The position numbers and the translations under genes are program-made. The notes under the pieces were generated by a model. That model saw only the letters and a program-made list of their open reading frames with translations. It was not told the DNA's origin and did no database searches. From a virus, in the IMG/VR virus record IMGVR_UViG_3300032309_001318, positions 20,540 through 84,539 of that record: 64,000 nt of DNA; one strand, written 5' to 3'. Below are positions 1 through 8,189 of the stretch, in pieces (the first letter of the stretch is position 1; the number at the start of each line of letters is the position of its first letter).

Positions 1-192
1 ACTCTTCCTTCATCTGGATATTCAACTGGTCAGTCAATTGATTTCTACCAAGCATCAGGAACTGGAGCGTCATTTGCTTCAACAAACAGTGTTGTTGGTA
101 CACCAGGATTAAAATTTAGAACAACAAATTCGGTTGTAACAGCAATGAAAACTCCAAGCGGTTGGTTAGTTTTCGGAGATCTTTTAGCTTAA
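1..192 (+). CDS. 3' end of a virion/tail-fibre-like protein (partial, runs off the window start)
   Basis: Frame 1 is open from base 1 to TAA at 190-192 and reads TLPSSGYSTGQSIDFYQ...PSGWLVFGDLLA*. A C-terminal W-x-x-x-GDL ending is typical of phage fibre/structural domains. Not in the ORF track. Confidence 0.6.
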   Translation, partial: TLPSSGYSTGQSIDFYQASGTGASFASTNSVVGTPGLKFRTTNSVVTAMKTPSGWLVFGDLLA

Positions 193-216
193 AGAAAATT
201 ATAGAGGAGATTATAT

Positions 217-1506
217 ATGTCAAAACAAGCAGGTAGAATGAGCCAATCGGCTAATGACTTTTTAGAGCCATTTAAGCCAATTATCGGAACAGCAACAGAT
301 ATAGGAACAGATAGAGCATTTAATAATGGAGCCGCATCTGTACCATTTACAATGAGCGTAGATTCACCACCAGCTACTTCATATACAGTTACCTCAAGTC
401 CAGGAAGTTATACTGCTTCTGGATCTTCTTCTCCTATTACGGTACAAGGTTTACAATCTGGAACTAGTTATACATTTACAGTTATAGCTACAAACTCAGT
501 TGGTAATTCTGTGCCGTCAGACGCAAGTAATTCAATAACAGCAACAACAGTTCCACAAACACCAAGCGCTCCAAGTCTTTCAAATAATGGAGCAGAAACG
601 AACTCTGTTTCTTGGTCAGCCCCAGGAAATAATGGTGGAAAAGAAATTACTGGATATGGATTAATTGATCATGAAAATGATGTTACGTCATATAACTCTA
701 GTACATTTAGCGCTAACCTATCAGAAAACGGAAATGAAACCCAGACTGTTAGAGTAAGGGCTCAAAATGCTAATGGATTCTCATCATACAGCTCTAGCTC
801 AAACTCAGTTACTACAACACCATTTAGCTTTAGCCCATTTGGATTTACCCCATTTGGATTTACACCGTTTGGATTCACACCATTTGGCTTTACACCATTT
901 GGCTTTACACCATTTGGCTTTACTCCAAAATCGGTTGGAGCAGAAACAGTTATTAAATCAAAGGTGCCAGAAGGATTAATTCTTGCACACAACCTAAGCG
1001 TTGGCGACGTTTTATACTCTGCTAATATCGAGGGAATAGATGTTTCAAATACAGCAATAGTAGATTACATACAAAATTGGTCTGTTAGTAGCGCAAACAT
1101 ATCCCCAGCCGAAACTACCATTGTTGCAATGGCAGCAAGAATTGCTGACGAAGGAGCTATTGTTATTAATGGAAATAAATATTCTTTACAGCACTTTATT
1201 TTAGTAAAAAGAGATGGACAGATTCAATTCCAACCATCATCAAGCGTATTGGAAACAGATTTAATTTTTTCACCAAGCGAAAATAACTGGAAAGAAATCA
1301 CAGACTATAAAGTAACTACACAAAAAGAGTTACTAATATCAATTGACGTAGAGCCATACGACGTATTCTTTACAGACAATGCGCTAGTACACGATTCATA
1401 TAGAGCAAAAACTGATCCAAACGCATTAACTTCTAGCGACGAGACATTTAGCGACAAGTTGGATGCAATGTATCAGCAATGGAGAGATTCTCAAGACCAA
1501 GCCTAG
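217..1506 (+). CDS. Fibronectin type III (x2) virion-associated protein with Pro-Phe-Gly-Phe-Thr repeats and a C-terminal Hint (intein-like) domain
   Basis: RBS GAGGAG upstream. FN3 signatures (VQGLQSGTSYTFTVIATNSVG; VSWSAPGNNGG...VRVRAQNANG). Then PFSFS+(PFGFT)x6, then SVGAETVI...LSVGDVL...SLQH...IDVEPYDVFFTDNALVHDS. Confidence 0.8.
   Translation: MSKQAGRMSQSANDFLEPFKPIIGTATDIGTDRAFNNGAASVPFTMSVDSPPATSYTVTSSPGSYTASGSSSPITVQGLQSGTSYTFTVIATNSVGNSVPSDASNSITATTVPQTPSAPSLSNNGAETNSVSWSAPGNNGGKEITGYGLIDHENDVTSYNSSTFSANLSENGNETQTVRVRAQNANGFSSYSSSSNSVTTTPFSFSPFGFTPFGFTPFGFTPFGFTPFGFTPFGFTPKSVGAETVIKSKVPEGLILAHNLSVGDVLYSANIEGIDVSNTAIVDYIQNWSVSSANISPAETTIVAMAARIADEGAIVINGNKYSLQHFILVKRDGQIQFQPSSSVLETDLIFSPSENNWKEITDYKVTTQKELLISIDVEPYDVFFTDNALVHDSYRAKTDPNALTSSDETFSDKLDAMYQQWRDSQDQA
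820..924 (+). repeat. Seven tandem 15-bp units encoding PFSFS + 6x PFGFT
   Basis: ccatttagctttagc, ccatttggatttacc, ccatttggatttaca, ccgtttggattcaca, ccatttggctttaca x2, ccatttggctttact. Differences among the PFGFT units are all synonymous. Confidence 0.97.
931..1395 (+). other. Hint/intein-like autoprocessing domain (Ser1 ... His-Asp, followed by Ser)
   Basis: Block A-like SVGAETVI..G...A.NL.VGD.L, block B-like YSLQHFILV (TxxH position), block F/G-like ISIDVEPYDVFFTDNALVHD|S. Confidence 0.75.
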
Positions 1507-1521
1507 CAGTCAGGAATTAAT

Positions 1522-2169
1522 TTGTTTAAAAAAGTAAAGAAATTACGCTTAATGGGAATTTCTGGAGTTAGGTATTTTAAAGGTAAACCTGTACCTAAAT
1601 TTAGAAGGTATCCACAATACATAAAAGGTACTTGGGCACAATATACAGTGCTTACCGATAAAGGGAATTCTCAAGCTATAGAATGTCTTTATAAAAATGA
1701 TGATAATGAGTCTGGCACAATTGTTATGTCTTATTTTATTAACAACGATTATCCAGCATCTTGGGCTACAATAATTATAGACGGATATGATAAAGATCAC
1801 TATACTGCAATAACAGATAGGTTTTATACTAGCCCAATACATCGAAAGAAAAAGTACATAGAATCATTAGCTTTAATTGGATATCCAATATGGTGTACAT
1901 TTTTTAACATTTTACCAAGATTAGGCCCAGGCTATACACAAGGGACACAGGCCGTAGCATTAAGCGGATCCTCCCTCATAGCATCAGCAACTAAAAAAAG
2001 GTTTAATTTAAACAAAGATAAAATTGAAAAAATAGTTAAGGTTGGGATGACACCTGGGGAACTTCCTGAAATAAATATGCCAGCAGAATTAGTCATATAC
2101 AAAGATCCGATATTTCCAGCATTATTTCACTCTATGAGCATTTGGGAGCCAAATGATAAAAAATATTAA
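1522..2169 (+). CDS. Hypothetical protein, possible GNAT-fold acyltransferase
   Basis: TTG start after AGGA. DRFYTSPIHRKKKY loosely resembles GNAT motif A (lyV.p.yR.kG). Directly follows the Hint gene. Confidence 0.4.
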   Translation: MFKKVKKLRLMGISGVRYFKGKPVPKFRRYPQYIKGTWAQYTVLTDKGNSQAIECLYKNDDNESGTIVMSYFINNDYPASWATIIIDGYDKDHYTAITDRFYTSPIHRKKKYIESLALIGYPIWCTFFNILPRLGPGYTQGTQAVALSGSSLIASATKKRFNLNKDKIEKIVKVGMTPGELPEINMPAELVIYKDPIFPALFHSMSIWEPNDKKY

Positions 2170-2716
2170 TTCAATTAATAACAAAACTATGCTTTCCGAG
2201 TATAATAAAATGATCTCTCAGATGCACGAATATGTTTATAAATTTAATCCAGGAATTAAGCTAGGGTTTAAACCTAAAAAAGTTTCTTTAATTGATTATA
2301 AAACATTTAACTTTTTTGCAATGTATAACAAAAACATTCATATTCTATATAAAGAAATATCTGATTTAACAAAAGAATATTGCATTAAAAATGGAGTTAA
2401 TTTTGAAAGAAATTATTTTTATTTACTTGGCAATATAGTTAAAAAAGAAACTATTACATTAGACACATATCTAAATTTTGCACCTAATTATAAAACTACA
2501 TTTGTTGGATTTTATGTTATAGATTGCAATAAAGATCAAATTTTTATAAATGATGAAAAAATTGATTTAATTCCTGGACAATTAATATTTTTAGATTCAT
2601 CATCAAAGATATTGTTTAAAAAAATAAGTGATGGTTTGACAATACTATCATTTAATATCTCTCCGCTGGAGTATCTATACAGACAGTACTATCAGAAATG
2701 GATACCTTTAGCATGA
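2153..2716 (+). CDS. Degenerate TIGR02466-like 2OG-Fe(II) oxygenase-fold protein (no obvious iron-binding His motif)
   Basis: Shares FNFF..Y...IH.LY, GFYV, LSFNISPL and C-terminal WIP with the 4885 and 5526 paralogs but lacks their HDH and PH motifs. Confidence 0.5.
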   Translation: MIKNINSINNKTMLSEYNKMISQMHEYVYKFNPGIKLGFKPKKVSLIDYKTFNFFAMYNKNIHILYKEISDLTKEYCIKNGVNFERNYFYLLGNIVKKETITLDTYLNFAPNYKTTFVGFYVIDCNKDQIFINDEKIDLIPGQLIFLDSSSKILFKKISDGLTILSFNISPLEYLYRQYYQKWIPLA

Positions 2717-3432
2717 TTAAAATAGAATTTATTCCAAAATATAGGTTGTATAAAAAGGCATTCCCAGAGCCAGTAAGTGTTGCATCTAGCATACCAGAAT
2801 GGTGGAAGCATCAAGAAAGTTATTTAAATAATAATCAAGATATCCATAAAGGAACAATGATGTTGACAATTAAAAAATGCCAATCCATTTTTGACTCAAT
2901 GACATTTGGCTATTATTTAAAATGCCCAATGGATATATTTATAGATGCAACTGGAGATAAGATAAAAGTAGAATTGACATCTGAAATAATGGGTCTGCAC
3001 CAACAGTATATTCTTTCTCATCATTTAAAAGAGCAAATGTCCAAATACCCAATACCAGATTATTTTCACGAAGAAATTATTAGAATTCACCCAATGTGGT
3101 TAGTTAAAACAGAAGAGGGGCACAGCGCATTATTTATTTCTCCAATGCATGCAGAAGATTCCCCAATTAAAGCAATCTCTGGGGTCATAGACACAGACGC
3201 ATATGCATCAGATGGATACTTATCATTTTTTGTTAAAAAAGGATTTAAAGGAATAGTTAAACAAGGAACTCCAATTATTCAGGTAATTCCATTTAAAAGA
3301 GAAGACTGGGAAAGCTCAATAAGTGACGACAGGCAATCAGACACCAAGCTAAAAGAAAAAACTTTACAAGTTAGATCAGTATTTCAAAATGGGTACAGAA
3401 TGAAATTTTGGAAAAAGAAAACATATAGATGA
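2713..3432 (+). CDS. DUF6065-like (dUTPase-fold-like) protein
   Basis: Start moved to ATG 2713 (ATGA overlap). Motifs P....IPEWWK, TIKKC..IFD.MT.GY, SGVIDTD, VKQGTPIIQVIPFKREDW. Confidence 0.65.
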   Translation: MIKIEFIPKYRLYKKAFPEPVSVASSIPEWWKHQESYLNNNQDIHKGTMMLTIKKCQSIFDSMTFGYYLKCPMDIFIDATGDKIKVELTSEIMGLHQQYILSHHLKEQMSKYPIPDYFHEEIIRIHPMWLVKTEEGHSALFISPMHAEDSPIKAISGVIDTDAYASDGYLSFFVKKGFKGIVKQGTPIIQVIPFKREDWESSISDDRQSDTKLKEKTLQVRSVFQNGYRMKFWKKKTYR

Positions 3433-4157
3433 CCAGTAAGGCTGTTAATAGAGTGCCTTATGAAGCAGAATCATGGTCTCTAATGTCAACAATGACTTTT
3501 GAGCAAATATGCAATACGTCTAATTTGTTCCCAAAGTGGAAAGAATGGCAATATGTTAAATCTGATCCTGCCTATAAACAATCAATTCTAAAACCAGTAA
3601 ACATGTATGCTCATCATTTTTCTAACCCACCAGAGATAATAAAGAATTCTAAAAATAGTTTAACAATTAGATATTATAGCTACGGGGATATATTAATTCA
3701 AATAGCTGATCCGTTGCTAGGGCATAGGGGGGTATTCAAATCAAATCCAATTAATAGCTTTTTTTATGCAACCGATAAATGCTGGCTGCGTCAATTTTAT
3801 CCATCAGAAAATCAATACAATATCGTAGATCAGAATGCGATTTCTAAAAGAATTTTTAAAATTTATATTCCTTGGTTTTTAGATATGGACGTAGATTATT
3901 CAATTAAATGTAATATAGAAAATCCTTCATTAAAAATAATAGAAAAAACGGATTTCTTTACAAAAACAAATGAGAATGTTATAATAAAAGAAGCAAATTT
4001 TGTTGATTTTTATTTTACAAATTCTAAAAATCATATGGAAGACAATATTTGCGGATTAATAAAAAGAGGTACGTATTTATTTGATATAGAAATAAACACA
4101 GATAAAAAAACTATTAAAAAAATTATAAGGGAATATGAAAAAAGAATTAGTAATTAA
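3429..4157 (+). CDS. Hypothetical protein, possibly a divergent DUF6065-like paralog
   Basis: Contains FKIYIPWF and IKRGTYLFDI, echoing the neighbours' I.KGTP motif. Overlaps both neighbouring genes. Confidence 0.45.
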   Translation: MTSKAVNRVPYEAESWSLMSTMTFEQICNTSNLFPKWKEWQYVKSDPAYKQSILKPVNMYAHHFSNPPEIIKNSKNSLTIRYYSYGDILIQIADPLLGHRGVFKSNPINSFFYATDKCWLRQFYPSENQYNIVDQNAISKRIFKIYIPWFLDMDVDYSIKCNIENPSLKIIEKTDFFTKTNENVIIKEANFVDFYFTNSKNHMEDNICGLIKRGTYLFDIEINTDKKTIKKIIREYEKRISN

Positions 4158-4884
4158 ATTTACGCCAGGATTTTCAATTAATCCTGATGACTTAAACAAC
4201 GGACTAATTGTTGAGCCAGAAGAGTCTAAAAACCATCTTCCAGAATGGTATAAAAAACTTTCTAGATTTTATAAGTCTAACCATATCAGCAAGCTTCATC
4301 CAGTTAATGATAGAGGAACCGATGGAAGCGCTGCTTCGACAAAGCTATGTATGCCATTTTTTGACGCATTAACTTCTGGATATATGTACACACTAGACTA
4401 CGATCTTCATGTTAACCAAGACAAAAACGGATTTCCAGTACTTTCCTGGGAAGGACAGAACATGATAGTAGACAAAAGATTAATGACAGACGTCCCAGTC
4501 CCAACACACCATCACCCATTACATTTTGGCTGGAAGGTAAACTGGTATTCGGAAACACCAAAAGGATATTCTTTATTAATAACCCATCCGTTAAATAGAC
4601 ATGATTTACCATTTACCACCCTTAGTGGAATAATAGACTCCGATTTATGGCACACACCAGTATTTACATCCTTCTTCCTAAAAAGGAACTTTATTGGTAT
4701 AATACCTAAAGGAACACCTCTATTTCAGATGATTCCAATTAAAAGAGAAGGTTGGGCTTTGGAGATAGACTATTCGGTCAAGGGGAAAGAAATGAATCAA
4801 ATTAAAGATGAAAAAAGAAGGTCTTCAATTTATGCCTATTATAAAAATATAGTATGGCAACGTAAACAGTATAAGGGAAAATAA
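4135..4884 (+). CDS. DUF6065-like (dUTPase-fold-like) protein
   Basis: LPEWYKK, TKLCMPFFDALTSGY, TPKGYSLLITHPLNR.DLPF..LSGIIDSD, IPKGTPLFQMIPIKRE.W. Paralog of 2713. Confidence 0.7.
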   Translation: MKKELVIKFTPGFSINPDDLNNGLIVEPEESKNHLPEWYKKLSRFYKSNHISKLHPVNDRGTDGSAASTKLCMPFFDALTSGYMYTLDYDLHVNQDKNGFPVLSWEGQNMIVDKRLMTDVPVPTHHHPLHFGWKVNWYSETPKGYSLLITHPLNRHDLPFTTLSGIIDSDLWHTPVFTSFFLKRNFIGIIPKGTPLFQMIPIKREGWALEIDYSVKGKEMNQIKDEKRRSSIYAYYKNIVWQRKQYKGK

Positions 4885-5532
4885 ATGATTAATAATATGC
4901 AAATGAATCAGCCAACAGGTAAAGAGCATAAATTTTTTGAAAGATATTTAGACAATGACCTAGGCCAATTAGCAGAGTTTTTACAGAACCAATATTCTAA
5001 TATGGAAAACTTAAATCTCACTGGCATAACAAAGGTGACAGAGAGAGATCACTGGCTATCATCAGACAGCGTCTCTACTATAAAATGGAGGGAATATAAT
5101 GTTTTTCAATTTTATCATCCATCAATACATAAGCTATATAAAAACCTTGTAGAAATGGTTAAAGAAGCTTGTGAGTATTATGAAATTGATTTTGAAAAAC
5201 AACAATACATGATTCAAGGCTGGTTTAATATTAATTATAACGACAAAGGAAAGCTAGACTGGCACGATCACGGTGGACCGTATGCTCCATATTTTCACGG
5301 ATACTATTGCGTAAAAGCAGAGCCATCTACAACGTATTATAAAGTTTTTGGTAAAGAAGTTGATAATCACAATAAAGACAACAGGCTTATCATATCAGAA
5401 ATGGGACATCCACATGCAATGGGATCTTGGGACTGGGAAGGCCCTAGAGTAACAATTGCATACGATATAGTTCCATTAAAAAGTTTAATAGCAAACAAGG
5501 CACATCCACAACATTGGATACCAATATGTTAA
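4885..5532 (+). CDS. Putative 2OG-Fe(II) oxygenase (TIGR02466-like)
   Basis: GWFNIN, WHDH, HGYYCV, HPH, RVTIAYD: the double-stranded beta-helix oxygenase pattern. Confidence 0.7.
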   Translation: MINNMQMNQPTGKEHKFFERYLDNDLGQLAEFLQNQYSNMENLNLTGITKVTERDHWLSSDSVSTIKWREYNVFQFYHPSIHKLYKNLVEMVKEACEYYEIDFEKQQYMIQGWFNINYNDKGKLDWHDHGGPYAPYFHGYYCVKAEPSTTYYKVFGKEVDNHNKDNRLIISEMGHPHAMGSWDWEGPRVTIAYDIVPLKSLIANKAHPQHWIPIC

Positions 5533-6176
5533 ATAAACCACAAAAATTTTTTGAATCATATTTAAATAATGATACGCAAGCACTATCAAAATATTTATAT
5601 AAAATAAACGATGAAATTATTAAAGAAAATTCTTTAAATTTATCTAATGAGGTTTTAGATAAATATAAAAATTTACCAGGCGCAGCAACAAAAATTGGAA
5701 TAAATCATTATAATATTTTTATGTTTCCAATCGATGAGATATATAACCTATATTGTGAATTAAAAAATCTTACAAAAAAAGCATGTGAATATTATGAAAT
5801 AGATTTTAATTTTGAAAACTATGTAATACATGGCTGGTTTAATTTTGACTATAAGTCTACCGAGAATAAGGTCGATCCAGTAAAAAATCCAGAGCAACTT
5901 CATGATCATTTTGGAGGAACTGGCATACCACATTTTCACGGGTACTATTGTGTAAATGCCGAGCCATCCATAACATACTATAAGCTAGATAAAAATAATA
6001 ATGATTTATTTGAAAATGTTAATAAAAATAATAGAGCAATTATTTCCGAAACTGGCTACCCCCATGCTAGAGGAGATTGGCAACAAGACCAAGCAAGAGT
6101 AACAATTGCATACGATATTGTTCCGTTTAGAGAGATTAGCAATAGTAAATCTATGAAATGGATACCATTCAAATAA
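5526..6176 (+). CDS. Putative 2OG-Fe(II) oxygenase (TIGR02466-like), paralog of 4885
   Basis: Start moved to ATG 5526. GWFN, LHDH, HGYYCV.AEPS, YPH, RVTIAYDIVP, WIP. Confidence 0.7.
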   Translation: MLNKPQKFFESYLNNDTQALSKYLYKINDEIIKENSLNLSNEVLDKYKNLPGAATKIGINHYNIFMFPIDEIYNLYCELKNLTKKACEYYEIDFNFENYVIHGWFNFDYKSTENKVDPVKNPEQLHDHFGGTGIPHFHGYYCVNAEPSITYYKLDKNNNDLFENVNKNNRAIISETGYPHARGDWQQDQARVTIAYDIVPFREISNSKSMKWIPFK

Positions 6177-6991
6177 TGGAAAATATTGGTATATGCATTT
6201 ACAGCTATCAAAATAAAAATTTATTTAAAACTGTATCTGAAATTATAGACAAATCTAGTCAAAAAAATATGTTATATTTTTACATTATTGATCAAAATAA
6301 TGTAGACAGAACTAGATCCCTAGACCAACCAGATTTTTATGCATCAATTGTTTATAAATATGTTACGTGGGACTCTATTAAAAGCCCAATTGAATATAAG
6401 CGGGATGCATTTAAGTCACTGAATAAAAAATATTATATGCAAATTGGAGACGATGTTTCATTAGCTAAAGATTGGGACATCCATGCAGTTGAATTTTTAA
6501 AGAATAATAAAAACTCAATTTTATCTGGAAATTCTACGGTTACCTTAAAAAATAAAAATTGGTTCATGCTAGAGCCAGAAAGAGTACCATCTTCAAATTT
6601 TAATAAAATAAATTATATAGACAGAAATTTTATATTTGCATTGTCTGAAGATTTTGCAATAATAAATCAACCAACTCACTTAAAATACTTTGGAGAAGAA
6701 GAAAGTATTTCAATAGATTTAATTAATAGTGGCGTAGATATTTATAATTTTCCAGACGAATACATATCAATTAATAAAAATTCAGTAGAGGATAAATATA
6801 CCCCATTTTCTTTAACCCATAACTATAATCAATTTATTGAAAAATATTCAAATGAAATTCAAAAAAACTTTAATATAAATTTAATGCAGCTACCGTTTGA
6901 AGATAACGATGTTGCTTACGACACTGGCCAGTCTCAAATAGATAGAATGGGCGGATTAAGATATCTTGACAGGATTAAGGAGATCAGGTAA
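6176..6991 (+). CDS. Glycosyltransferase, similar to the GlcNAc-transferase (Skp1 Gnt1-like) family
   Basis: Start moved to ATG 6176 (TAATG overlap). I..YSY, IIDQ, YYMQIGDD (family consensus YxLQIDSH), WD, NFIF, YFGEE.S.SI...SG.DIY. Confidence 0.55.
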   Translation: MENIGICIYSYQNKNLFKTVSEIIDKSSQKNMLYFYIIDQNNVDRTRSLDQPDFYASIVYKYVTWDSIKSPIEYKRDAFKSLNKKYYMQIGDDVSLAKDWDIHAVEFLKNNKNSILSGNSTVTLKNKNWFMLEPERVPSSNFNKINYIDRNFIFALSEDFAIINQPTHLKYFGEEESISIDLINSGVDIYNFPDEYISINKNSVEDKYTPFSLTHNYNQFIEKYSNEIQKNFNINLMQLPFEDNDVAYDTGQSQIDRMGGLRYLDRIKEIR

Positions 6992-7533
6992 TGTTAATAA
7001 AAATAGTAGAAGATTTTATATCAGAACAAGATGCATTTTCTCTTATGGAAGAGATGCAATCGCCGTCAAAAATAAACCCGTATCCAGAATACTATAAAGA
7101 TAGAAACGGCGGAACTGCTTTCCCATATAACAATAGGGTAATGGATATACTTAAAAAATATTCAGTAAGAGCAAACCACATTCAGAAAGAATTTTTTAAC
7201 TTAAAAGACAAAGTAATTGTTACTAAGGCTTTTGGCTCGTGGTGGCAGCCAGGACAAAGTGGAAGTCCTCACATAGACGCAATTGAAAAAGAACCATTCA
7301 TAGAATATAGCACCGTAATTTATTTAAATGACGAGTACGAGGGCGGAGAGATATATTTTCCTAAACAAGCATTTTCTTTAAAGGCCAAAAAGTATTCTGC
7401 TATATTTTTCCCAGGAAATGATTATCAATATATTCATGGGGTTAAAGAAATTACTTCTGGCAGTAGGTATACAGCCCTCTATATGCAATCAACCAAGCAA
7501 GAGTTCGTAGACCCAGATTTTAGGGAGTGCTAA
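6991..7533 (+). CDS. Prolyl 4-hydroxylase-like 2OG-Fe(II) oxygenase
   Basis: HID iron motif, YLNDEYEGGEIYFP, HGVKEITSGSRY. Confidence 0.85.
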   Translation: MLIKIVEDFISEQDAFSLMEEMQSPSKINPYPEYYKDRNGGTAFPYNNRVMDILKKYSVRANHIQKEFFNLKDKVIVTKAFGSWWQPGQSGSPHIDAIEKEPFIEYSTVIYLNDEYEGGEIYFPKQAFSLKAKKYSAIFFPGNDYQYIHGVKEITSGSRYTALYMQSTKQEFVDPDFREC

Positions 7534-7535
7534 TA

Positions 7536-8189
7536 ATGCAATATCAAGAGTTGGCTTTAGGCGTTGTGTATTATAAAAATATTATAAAAGATCCCAATGA
7601 ACTAATTAATAAAATAGAGTCTTTAGAAGAAAAAAGAAGCCTACAAAAAGACTATAGGTCACAATCAGTAAAGCCTTGGCAAGCATGGGACTATGATCAC
7701 GGCAATAAAGAAAAAACAATATTCTGTTGGCAAAAATTTTTACCAAAGCCAAATGATATAGATGTTAATGATTATTTTTATAAAGAACAACACGAAATAT
7801 CTTCTGAGTTATTTAATGGTTTAGAAGATGGATTAAAACATTATTTTTCATTATATCCATATGCTGAAAAAAATATTAAATCTAGAGAAAAAACAATGCA
7901 CCTATTAAAATATAAAGAAAGCGGATTCCTACCAGCCCACTCAGACCATGGTATAAGCAGTAGAGTTTTATCGGCACTTCTTTATTTAAATGACGATTAT
8001 GAAGGTGGCAACATAAGATTCCCGCATTGTAATATTGACATGAAGCCAGAAGCTGGAAGCCTATTGTTTTTCCCATCAAATTTTGTTTACGTTCACGAAG
8101 TTGATGCGGTAACAAGCGGAACAAGATATTCATTGCCAAACTGGTATCATAATAGAAAAAACGCATACTACTCAGACGGGACAGAATAA
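7536..8189 (+). CDS. Prolyl 4-hydroxylase-like 2OG-Fe(II) oxygenase
   Basis: Start moved to ATG 7536. HSD, YLNDDYEGG.I.F, FFPSNFVY.HEV..VTSGTRY. Confidence 0.85.
   Translation: MQYQELALGVVYYKNIIKDPNELINKIESLEEKRSLQKDYRSQSVKPWQAWDYDHGNKEKTIFCWQKFLPKPNDIDVNDYFYKEQHEISSELFNGLEDGLKHYFSLYPYAEKNIKSREKTMHLLKYKESGFLPAHSDHGISSRVLSALLYLNDDYEGGNIRFPHCNIDMKPEAGSLLFFPSNFVYVHEVDAVTSGTRYSLPNWYHNRKNAYYSDGTE

Noticed and set aside
820-924. Tandem repeat as a CRISPR array
   Set aside because: No spacers; the units are contiguous, in frame and coding.
762-992. Alternative-frame ORFs over the repeat (767-979 with HHLAL repeats; minus-strand GVKPN repeats)
   Set aside because: By-products of the 15-bp repeat. 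Variation is synonymous only in the PFGFT frame, and neither has an RBS.
931-1395. Classical mobile intein
   Set aside because: No homing endonuclease, not inside a conserved enzyme motif, near the C-terminus and ending in HD. Treated as a Hint autoprocessing domain.
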